From positions 1 through 26,061 of IMG/VR virus record IMGVR_UViG_3300016667_000865: a DNA stretch of 26,061 bases, one strand, 5' to 3'. Made by a program: the position numbers and the translations under genes. This DNA is from a virus (lineage: Duplodnaviria > Caudoviricetes). Shown here piece after piece: positions 1 through 7,027 of this stretch (its first letter is position 1; every line of letters begins with the position of its first letter). Under the pieces are notes generated by a model that ran no database searches, was not told where the DNA came from, and saw only the letters and a list, made by a program, of their open reading frames with translations.

Positions 1-2
1 TA

Positions 3-359
3 AATATTTCTTCAGCTTCAATTGGATATTTTAATATATTAAAAGATGAAATTAATTCATTTACAGGTATAATTAATTTAAATTCAGATAATATAAATTT
101 AAATGCAAATAATATAAAAATATATGGAAATATAGAATATAATTCTAATACAATTAATCAAAATTATTTTATTATTAATTCTAAAAATTTAATTATAAAT
201 GATGTATTAATTGAATTTGCAAATAATTTTGATGATAAAATTAATAATAGAGGTGTTGTTTTTAAATGGTATGAAAATGATATAGTTAATAATGGTTTTA
301 TTGGTTTTGATACTACTACTAAAACTTTTAAATTAATAAATAATATAAATTATATATGA
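3..359 (+). CDS. 3' part of a tail-fibre-like structural protein, open at the window edge; absent from the supplied ORF track
   Basis: Frame 3 is open from base 3 to TGA 357-359 (NISSASIGYF...IYGNIEYNSNTINQNYFIINSKNLIINDVLIEF...NRGVVFKWYENDIVNNGFIGFDTTTKTFKLINNINYI*). The GN..IxD.lI...RGv.F.wy....GFiGFD pattern resembles viral tail-fibre segments. The stop overlaps the next ATG (ATGA). GC is about 14%. Confidence 0.6.
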   Translation, partial: NISSASIGYFNILKDEINSFTGIINLNSDNINLNANNIKIYGNIEYNSNTINQNYFIINSKNLIINDVLIEFANNFDDKINNRGVVFKWYENDIVNNGFIGFDTTTKTFKLINNINYI

Positions 360-2101
360 TAATTTACGGTAATAATTTTCACGAAAAACTTTTTGGTATA
401 GCAATTAGTAAGGACTATATCAAAAAAGCTACACCGTATTGTGATATTGCTGAAGACCCAAATTTTGCTGTTGATATAGATTTAGCAGTTAGTTTTAATC
501 AAGCTCTTAATGGTGATATCGATGCAGCGGAATCTTTTACAAATCTATTAGTGTTATCTAGTGCTTATCTAGATATGTCAACTATAGAATTCTATAAAGA
601 TAAAATGATTTACCTACCTATTTTTAGGGAGCAAATTGATCGTATAAATTTCACTTTTAATAATTTAAACTCTCTACCAAAAAGCTCGTTTACAGATGCA
701 CTAAAAAATGCGCTAATGGACTGTTTAAACTCACCATGCAATGTCTTTTCACCAACTTCTGATAGTATGGGAAGAGCTGCACAAGCTTCATCAACAAAAA
801 CAGCAGACAATTCATTTGGTGTTGGATCTTTAAAGGATTCTTTTGTTAATACACTCAATGGTTTAGATCAAACCATTTTTAATAAAATTCCTACTGTTTT
901 TCAGCAGGGGTTTGTTGAAGTAACGCAAACCGCACAACAATCCTGGAGCAACACTCAAGGTATATTAGCAGGAAAGAAGAATTTAGATGAGCTTGTATCT
1001 CTAGCTAATAATGGTAACTCTATGAGAGATACAGGTAAGATGTATAGATATACACCTGATGCTAAATCTAATTTTGATTTAGCTGCAGCTGGATCTAACA
1101 TAATGGCTAGATTAGCTTCCACTCAAGGTGGTTGCTTCGATAAGTTTCAGCAGGCGTATAGATATAATCCTTACGAGCATAATACTAGCGAGCCTATGAA
1201 GCTTCAAGAGTACCAATATAATGGTGAGAGTCATATAGGTGATGCGCAAGGTAAGTATGGAGCTGCTGGTACAACACCATCGAACATATCTACTTTAAAT
1301 ACTCCTAGAATTGAGAATCCAACATTACCTTTTATTAGTGATAGTATTATCTTAGGACCACGTGGTTATTCAGGAATACAAGCAACCGGACTATATAGTA
1401 CATTCGGCGGCATGATAGATAGAGCTGAAAAAGTGTTTGTTGTTGATGATTTAACTGCAGCACAAACAGGCAATTCGAATGATAATCTTACTATGGATGG
1501 TACTGTTTCTGTTAAGGTTAATATATGCCCATCAAATATGACGAAGGGATATTCCTCTGATAAGGAAGCAGCTATGGCTGGTAAATCTATAGGTGATGGT
1601 AAAACTATTCTTAGCAAATACTCAGAAGGATATACACACGATGTTAGTGTAAATGGCTTAGAAAAAATAATAACAACACCTAAGGTGTTTAACGATGGTG
1701 TTGCTATATCTAGTGGGTTATGGAAAGTATTAACAGGCCATGCCTTTGGTGGTGATGGTGCCTGGGTTAAATACGCAAATAAGAATAAGGTCTGGGTTGT
1801 GTTACAGAAAGGTAACGGACAACCAAAATTAGTCAAAATAGTTGACTCGCAAGGCGGTCCAACACCATTAGTTGATATGACACCAGGCTGTTATAAATAC
1901 GTCTTTGGTCATTTACCGACCGGTAAAGAAACAAAAGATAAAACTATTAATGATGCGGGCTGGAGACTTTATATTGGAGCGCACCGTAACGAGGGCACTT
2001 TAACAGCTCGTATTGCTATTGGTAATCTTGAAGACGTAAAAGCAAAACTTGGTATTCTCGCTACTGGTGTAAGTATAACACCCGGTACAATTACTAGTTA
2101 A
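356..2101 (+). CDS. Large hypothetical (probably virion) protein with a C-terminal RlpA/expansin-like double-psi beta-barrel (possible cell-wall lytic domain)
   Basis: 581-aa ORF. The motifs GLYSTFGG ... GVAISSGLW ... VWVVLQKGNGQPKLVKIVD ... PLVDMTPGCYKYVFG match the DPBB pattern by eye. Confidence 0.45.
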   Translation: MIIYGNNFHEKLFGIAISKDYIKKATPYCDIAEDPNFAVDIDLAVSFNQALNGDIDAAESFTNLLVLSSAYLDMSTIEFYKDKMIYLPIFREQIDRINFTFNNLNSLPKSSFTDALKNALMDCLNSPCNVFSPTSDSMGRAAQASSTKTADNSFGVGSLKDSFVNTLNGLDQTIFNKIPTVFQQGFVEVTQTAQQSWSNTQGILAGKKNLDELVSLANNGNSMRDTGKMYRYTPDAKSNFDLAAAGSNIMARLASTQGGCFDKFQQAYRYNPYEHNTSEPMKLQEYQYNGESHIGDAQGKYGAAGTTPSNISTLNTPRIENPTLPFISDSIILGPRGYSGIQATGLYSTFGGMIDRAEKVFVVDDLTAAQTGNSNDNLTMDGTVSVKVNICPSNMTKGYSSDKEAAMAGKSIGDGKTILSKYSEGYTHDVSVNGLEKIITTPKVFNDGVAISSGLWKVLTGHAFGGDGAWVKYANKNKVWVVLQKGNGQPKLVKIVDSQGGPTPLVDMTPGCYKYVFGHLPTGKETKDKTINDAGWRLYIGAHRNEGTLTARIAIGNLEDVKAKLGILATGVSITPGTITS

Positions 2102-2541
2102 ACATCGATAACACTATCATCCTTATCGATGATAGCTTTCATTATATCCTCACGTGAAAGCAGTACGCGAGTTTGATTGTCAGCTATATTCATACGCTCT
2201 TTAGCGTCCACATCCATTTGTTTAACCTCCTTACGATTAATGTTACTCTCTTTAGCAGTATGCAATTTAGTTAGAGTATCAATTGCGGCGGAAGATGCTT
2301 TAATTAATTCTGCCATAGCGGATACATCTCTATTATCAGGAGCAGATGAGATATAATCGTTAACATTGTCAACAATTGATAGTGACTTTGAAATTAGCTT
2401 ACTTGTTTTGGTAATTAAAAATTCTTCGAGGTTTTCAGTAGTAGCTATCTCATCTTCTTCCCGTCGGACAACACTAGCTACTTGATTATGACCCTTAAGT
2501 TGGGAAATAATATCGTTTACAGCATCATCAAGTTCATCCAT
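2098..2541 (-). CDS. Probable terminase small subunit (T4 gp16-like)
   Basis: 147-aa helical protein. KLISKSLSIVDNVNDYISSAPDNRDVSAMAELIKASSAAIDTLTKLH and the C-terminal NQTRVLLSREDIMKAII parallel gp16-family helices (LI.KG..A...L...A.....PRAYEV...LIK....T..L..L ... NN.LFVGST.EL.KLL). TAAATA lies 6 nt upstream. Confidence 0.6.
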   Translation of the reverse strand: MDELDDAVNDIISQLKGHNQVASVVRREEDEIATTENLEEFLITKTSKLISKSLSIVDNVNDYISSAPDNRDVSAMAELIKASSAAIDTLTKLHTAKESNINRKEVKQMDVDAKERMNIADNQTRVLLSREDIMKAIIDKDDSVIDV

Positions 2542-2547
2542 AATACA

Positions 2548-2553
2548 TATTTA
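2548..2553 (-). promoter_or_regulatory. T4-like late promoter core (TAAATA)
   Basis: TATTTA on the + strand, 6 nt upstream of the minus-strand ATG at 2541. The same motif and spacing recur before many genes. Confidence 0.65.
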
Positions 2554-2556
2554 TTC

Positions 2557-2584
2557 TTGATTTCAAAAAATAAAGGTTTATAAT
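2557..2584 (+). promoter_or_regulatory. Sigma70-like early/middle promoter for the dUTPase-clamp loader cassette
   Basis: TTGATT (2557-2562), 16 nt, TATAAT (2579-2584), ending 8 nt before the dut ATG at 2593. Confidence 0.55.
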
Positions 2585-2592
2585 AGTCTTAT

Positions 2593-3060
2593 ATGACAGA
2601 ATCGAATTTTACCTTTAATAACAGCATTATTAGTAATGTTAAGTTAAAATTTAAGCGTACTAATCCTGATGCAAAGTTACCAACAAAAAATAACTCAAAC
2701 GACACTGGTTTTGATGTTTATTGTGTAGAAGATAAAGTAATTCCAGCTCGTGGTAGTGCAGTAGTAGATGTTGGGTTAGAGTTTGCAGATATTACACCAG
2801 GATTTTGGGTTCGAGTAGAAGGTCGCTCAGGTCTTGGATTTAAACACGGTATTATGCCACATCCTGGTATTATTGATGAAGGTTATCGTGGAAATGCAGG
2901 GATTAAACTCTATAATCTAACAGATACGGATTATAACGTCACAAAGGGTGAGCGTATCGCTCAATTTGTAGTTTATAGAAACTATACCACAATTGTTGAA
3001 GAGGGTGAAACTGTTGAATCAGAACGCGGTGCCTCTGGCTTTGGCTCTTCTGGTAAGTAA
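2593..3060 (+). CDS. dut: Trimeric dUTPase
   Basis: All five motifs are recognisable: TGFDVY, GRSGLG, GIIDEGYRG, GERIAQ, RGASGFGSSG. Confidence 0.97.
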   Translation: MTESNFTFNNSIISNVKLKFKRTNPDAKLPTKNNSNDTGFDVYCVEDKVIPARGSAVVDVGLEFADITPGFWVRVEGRSGLGFKHGIMPHPGIIDEGYRGNAGIKLYNLTDTDYNVTKGERIAQFVVYRNYTTIVEEGETVESERGASGFGSSGK

Positions 3061-3071
3061 AATATAATCAT

Positions 3072-3722
3072 ATGCTCTCTACACTAAATTCACTCTGGGT
3101 TGAAAAATATAGACCACATACACTTGATGATATTATTTTAGATGATAATGCGCGGCGTGTCATTAGTGGATTTACAGATGAGATTCCTAATCTATTATTT
3201 GTTAGTGGCCCGGGTAATGGTAAGACTAGCTTAGCACGTATCATTGTAAATGATATTCTTAAGTGTAACTTTCTTTATATCAATGCTTCAGATGAATCAG
3301 GTATCGATACGATCAGACATAGCATCACTAATTTTGCTCAGACAAAATCGTTTGATGGTAAGGTTAAGGTTGTTGTTCTAGATGAATGTCTTGAAGAGAA
3401 TACACTTGTAACTGTTCTCGCTAACGGAATTGTTGATCAGATCCCTATTAAAGATCTGGATAATAAAAATCACTTAGTAAAGACATATAATGTAGCAACT
3501 GATACTATAGAGTGGCGACCCTTTAACCACGCATGCCAAGGTAGGCGTGAAGTGTATGAGGTTGAGTTTGATAACGGCGAAAAGATTATCTGCACTGATA
3601 ATCATAAATGGTACGTTAATGTAGATGGTAAAATGATTCGAAAAAAACTTATAGATATTATTAACGAAGGTATTATGGAGATTATTACCAAGATTGATGG
3701 TATACCTATGCATGCACATTAA
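3072..3722 (+). CDS. Clamp-loader AAA+ subunit (T4 gp44/RFC small subunit) N-terminal half (aa 1-105) fused to the N-terminal half of a split intein (aa 106-216)
   Basis: LWVEKYRP, Walker A GPGNGKT, INASDE and the start of Walker B (VVVLDE) are followed by intein block A CLEENTLV and block B ICTDNHKW, then a stop. Confidence 0.93.
   Translation: MLSTLNSLWVEKYRPHTLDDIILDDNARRVISGFTDEIPNLLFVSGPGNGKTSLARIIVNDILKCNFLYINASDESGIDTIRHSITNFAQTKSFDGKVKVVVLDECLEENTLVTVLANGIVDQIPIKDLDNKNHLVKTYNVATDTIEWRPFNHACQGRREVYEVEFDNGEKIICTDNHKWYVNVDGKMIRKKLIDIINEGIMEIITKIDGIPMHAH
3387..3719 (+). mobile_element. Split intein N-fragment (IntN, 111 aa)
   Basis: Cys1 codon TGT at 3387-3389 directly after DE. Hint-domain motifs CLEENTLV, IPIKDL, VKTYN, QGRREVYEVEFDNGEKIICTDNHKW. 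Confidence 0.9.
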
Positions 3723-3725
3723 ATA
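3720..3725 (+). promoter_or_regulatory. Late promoter core TAAATA built into the IntN stop codon, upstream of the endonuclease
   Basis: The TAA stop at 3720-3722 extends to TAAATA, 5 nt before ATG 3731. Confidence 0.55.
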
Positions 3726-3730
3726 ATATT

Positions 3731-4669
3731 ATGGGTGGGAATACAACTAGTAGAGTCGAATGGAGTGTGAGTCAAATTCATGATCTTGTAAGCAAATATA
3801 AATCTCAAGATCATGAATTTTACAATCCTATTACTAGTAAAGTCTTACTTAGTAAAAAGGCATGGAAAAGCAGTATATCTGTAAAAATGTCTTTTAACTC
3901 GGCAAACTTATTCTTTTTTTTACTCGAACCACCACATTTTAGTAAACTATCAAACGAGACACTAACTATTTGCGATTATAATTATAGATTAGGTGGATTT
4001 TCGAAGTATACAAAGGAAGAAATAAATAAAAAACTCTACCATAAATTACGTGATTATACTAGTATTAGCGATACAACTAAAACTAAGATATCTAATACTC
4101 TGAGAGAGTATAATAACTCTGAAGCAGGTAGAGAAGCTAGATTAGAAAAGAGCTGTAGAATGAAACAATTTTATTCTACACCTTTTGGTAAAGATCATAA
4201 GAAGCAGTGTAATATAAAACAAAGTATAACACTAAAGCACATGATTCAGAGTGGTATATTTACACCACCAATTACAAATACTTGGACACATTGGAAAGCG
4301 TATATTATACAAGATCAGATTATTCATAAATTTAGAAGTTCATGGGAAGCTTGTTTTTGGTTTTGCAATCAGCATTTAGAGTATGAAACTATTCGAATTA
4401 GAGGATCAACAAAAACGTATATCTCTGACTTCTATGATCCTATTACAAACACACTATATGAGATAAAACCCTGTAGTAGATATAATATTGAAATAAATAA
4501 AATGAACGCAATTATTAATCACTGTATTAATAATAACATTAAATTTATTTGGATAAATGAGAAAAATATCGCAAATTATATAAATGAGGGTGTAATACTT
4601 ACCAATGATTCAGCTACCACCCAATATAAAAAATTAAAAAAAGTGTATGATTACAACATTAAAGATTAA
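3731..4669 (+). CDS. Free-standing putative homing endonuclease, PD-(D/E)xK (TnsA-N-like) nuclease domain with NUMOD3-like basic helices
   Basis: C-terminal FRSSWE...LEYE...YISDFY...LYEIKP...IKFIWINE and central ISDTTKTKISNTLR. It lies between the two intein halves and overlaps the IntC ORF by 23 nt. Confidence 0.8.
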   Translation: MGGNTTSRVEWSVSQIHDLVSKYKSQDHEFYNPITSKVLLSKKAWKSSISVKMSFNSANLFFFLLEPPHFSKLSNETLTICDYNYRLGGFSKYTKEEINKKLYHKLRDYTSISDTTKTKISNTLREYNNSEAGREARLEKSCRMKQFYSTPFGKDHKKQCNIKQSITLKHMIQSGIFTPPITNTWTHWKAYIIQDQIIHKFRSSWEACFWFCNQHLEYETIRIRGSTKTYISDFYDPITNTLYEIKPCSRYNIEINKMNAIINHCINNNIKFIWINEKNIANYINEGVILTNDSATTQYKKLKKVYDYNIKD

Positions 4670-4769
4670 ATCTATTAAAAAACTGGATGAAAAGGTGACT
4701 GTTTACGATATTGGAGTAGATGGTACAAATAATTTTTTTGTAGGCAATACCCAGATTCTCACAGGTAAT
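4647..4769 (+). mobile_element. Split intein C-fragment (IntC, 41 aa)
   Basis: Block F VYDIGV..TNNFFV, terminal Asn codon AAT at 4767-4769, +1 Cys codon TGC at 4770-4772. Confidence 0.9.
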
Positions 4770-5381
4770 TGCGACGGGTTAACAGGCGCAGCGCAGCGTG
4801 CTCTACGTAATACTATGGAGTCATATGCGGCTTATTGTAGGTTTATCTTAACTGCAAACTACAAGCATAAGATCATTCCTGCTTTGCAGTCACGGTGTCA
4901 GTCATTAGATATTAAACCAGTATTGGAACAAGCAGTACGTAGATGTTATTCAATTCTACAGAAAGAAGGTGTAGAGATTCCAGAAGAACAAAAAAAGAAG
5001 TTTGTTGAATTAGTTAAGACTAACTTTCCAGACCTTCGTAAGACTATTAACGATCTACAGAAAAATGTAATTGATAATACTCTAAGTATTAATAACGTTG
5101 ATAGTGATAATGAGTTACATAATCGTATCTTTACAGATATTAATAGTAAGAATACGCTTGAGTTACGCCAGTATTTGATTGAGAGTGAAGATAGATTTCA
5201 AGGTGACTATGATACATTATTATGTAACTACCTTGAGTATCTATACTCTCAATCATTACCTGATCTTAAAAAGAAAGAGATGATCAGTATTATCGCTGAT
5301 CATCTCTATAAAAGTGCGTTTGTACTAGATAAAGAAATTAACGCATTTGCGTGTTTTATTAATCTAGAGCGAATTAGTTAA
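4647..5381 (+). CDS. Split intein C-fragment (aa 1-41) fused to the clamp-loader C-terminal half (aa 42-244)
   Basis: MITTLKIKSIKK...VYDIGVDGTNNFFVG...ILTGN|CDGLTGAAQRALRNTME, then RFILTANY, the arginine-finger motif LQSRC, FPDLRKTIN and DKEIN. Confidence 0.93.
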   Translation: MITTLKIKSIKKLDEKVTVYDIGVDGTNNFFVGNTQILTGNCDGLTGAAQRALRNTMESYAAYCRFILTANYKHKIIPALQSRCQSLDIKPVLEQAVRRCYSILQKEGVEIPEEQKKKFVELVKTNFPDLRKTINDLQKNVIDNTLSINNVDSDNELHNRIFTDINSKNTLELRQYLIESEDRFQGDYDTLLCNYLEYLYSQSLPDLKKKEMISIIADHLYKSAFVLDKEINAFACFINLERIS

Positions 5382-5382
5382 C

Positions 5383-5970
5383 TTACTCTAAGCCTTTTAG
5401 GTACTCCTTCATCTGTGTATTAACCGCAGGTGAAGGAGTAATTGCTTTGGATGGAATCTGTGTATTTTTTTTAGGTAGTCTAATTTGGCCCTGTACGAGC
5501 TTACCATCACCTCTATCAACTTTATTTGATAGATTTTCCTCATCTTCAGTAACCTCTTCAGGTTTGATAGTAACTTTATCCTTTCTTCTCACACCATCTG
5601 GAATTGGTGAGAGATTTGGATCAAAGTCCATTGGTTGACCTAAATCAGCGGGGATAGAGCAATAATGGGTAAAGCGGCCACCCATATTATCGAGAGCAAT
5701 ATCTAGTGTAACGTGTAGGGAAGATGTCTCAGAACTACCCGGGTAGATTGTAGGACTGTTATTTTTAATACCTACAACTACGATATGTAATCCAGAATCA
5801 ATCATCTGATCAATCATATCTTGTACATTGCGACCGAGATTTTTGTAGCTTTCGTGGGTTTTGAAATTATCGTTAAATTTAAAAACATCGCCGATAAGAA
5901 ATCCACCACGGGTCATCCGTGTCATTACAGATTCAAAAAGAGCGATGAACTTCTTTTTCTTTTTAGCCAT
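5383..5970 (-). CDS. Hypothetical protein (late gene)
   Basis: 195-aa ORF filling the gap, with TAAATA 5 nt upstream. No family recognised. Confidence 0.8.
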   Translation of the reverse strand: MAKKKKKFIALFESVMTRMTRGGFLIGDVFKFNDNFKTHESYKNLGRNVQDMIDQMIDSGLHIVVVGIKNNSPTIYPGSSETSSLHVTLDIALDNMGGRFTHYCSIPADLGQPMDFDPNLSPIPDGVRRKDKVTIKPEEVTEDEENLSNKVDRGDGKLVQGQIRLPKKNTQIPSKAITPSPAVNTQMKEYLKGLE

Positions 5971-5975
5971 ACAAT

Positions 5976-5997
5976 TATTTATTACTAGTCATAAATA
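5976..5997. promoter_or_regulatory. Back-to-back divergent late promoters (TATTTA-N10-TAAATA), near-palindromic
   Basis: tatttattactagtcataaata. Each hexamer is 5 nt from a divergent ATG (5970 and 6003). Confidence 0.7.
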
Positions 5998-6002
5998 TTT
6001 AC

Positions 6003-6284
6003 ATGGAATTTGATAGACTAGTTGCAGATTTGCTGGAAGAAGCTTCTAAAGGATCAAGATGTACTCGTGTAACAAAGAAATCAGCATCACCTCTTAAGAA
6101 TAAAAAATACACAAAGTGTGTGAAAAATCCTAACGGTGAGGGATATAAAAGAATACACTGGGGTGATCCTAATATGAGAGTAAAAAAAGCAAATCCAAAG
6201 AGACGTAAGTCATTTAGAGCTCGTCATAAATGTTCGACTGCTAAGCCTGGTACACCCAGATATCAAGCTTGTAAAGACTGGTAA
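6003..6284 (+). CDS. Small basic Cys-containing protein of a type common in T4-like phages (function unknown)
   Basis: 93 aa with the pattern KRIHWGDPNMRVKKANPKRRKSFRARHKC...RYQACKDW. Confidence 0.8.
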   Translation: MEFDRLVADLLEEASKGSRCTRVTKKSASPLKNKKYTKCVKNPNGEGYKRIHWGDPNMRVKKANPKRRKSFRARHKCSTAKPGTPRYQACKDW

Positions 6285-6301
6285 GACTAAATAATAGTGC
6301 T

Positions 6302-6514
6302 ATGCCATACGAACGCCGAGGAAAGTGTATTTATAACAAGAAGACAGGCAAATCAAAAGGCTGCTCTTCTTCTATTGAAAAAGCAAAAGCACATATGAAA
6401 GCTTTATATGCTGCTACTGCTAACGAAAACGAAGAAGATGAAGAGACAACCTTCGATGAATTCGCTTCCTACATGCTTAAGAAATTATATTCAGAGTATA
6501 AGAAACAACACTAA
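6302..6514 (+). CDS. Small hypothetical phage protein
   Basis: 70 aa, MPY...CIYNKKTGKSKGC...EKAKAHMKALYA followed by an acidic tail. TAAATA at 6288-6293. Confidence 0.75.
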   Translation: MPYERRGKCIYNKKTGKSKGCSSSIEKAKAHMKALYAATANENEEDEETTFDEFASYMLKKLYSEYKKQH

Positions 6515-6999
6515 TGGCTATACGGTTAGATATATTAAAACCTTCAAAGGTTGAGCAAGCTAGCTTAGATAACGGCTATCTATATAAAGATATAAGCCTA
6601 GATTTAAGCTTTACAGAGAATTTAGGTGAAGAGTTATTTTCTACTAGTAGTTCTGGTGATTTAGCAAGTATAACAGACGGTAAAGCTGTTATCAACTCGG
6701 TACGCAATATACTAACAACAACACCTGGTCAAAAACTACTCAATCCTAAATTAGGGTTAGATTTGAGATCATATCTATTCGAGGCTGTCAATACCACGGT
6801 AGCTTACTTTATAGGTAGAGATATAATAGAAAATCTTGGAATACAAGAGCCGAGAATGACTCTCGATACCCTATCAATAACCGCAGATCCTGATGAAGGT
6901 GAATATAGAATTAATATAAACTTCTCAATACCTAATCTAAACATATACAATCTATCTATTACAGCAGGATTAAATAAAGACGGCTACGTTGTATTATAA
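6514..6999 (+). CDS. gp25: Baseplate wedge subunit / sheath initiator (T4 gp25-like)
   Basis: YKDISLDL, AVINSVRNILTTTPGQKLLNPKLGLDLRSYLFE, EPRM. Lies directly before gp6. Confidence 0.9.
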   Translation: MAIRLDILKPSKVEQASLDNGYLYKDISLDLSFTENLGEELFSTSSSGDLASITDGKAVINSVRNILTTTPGQKLLNPKLGLDLRSYLFEAVNTTVAYFIGRDIIENLGIQEPRMTLDTLSITADPDEGEYRININFSIPNLNIYNLSITAGLNKDGYVVL

Positions 7000-7027
7000 C
7001 ATAAATAAATATAGACACCGCTAAACA

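Noticed and set aside
3722-4647. Group I intron or simple frameshift/pseudogene as the explanation for the broken clamp loader
   Set aside because: Both flanks carry clear intein motifs with correct splice-junction residues, and the insert is almost entirely ORF, leaving no room for a ribozyme core.
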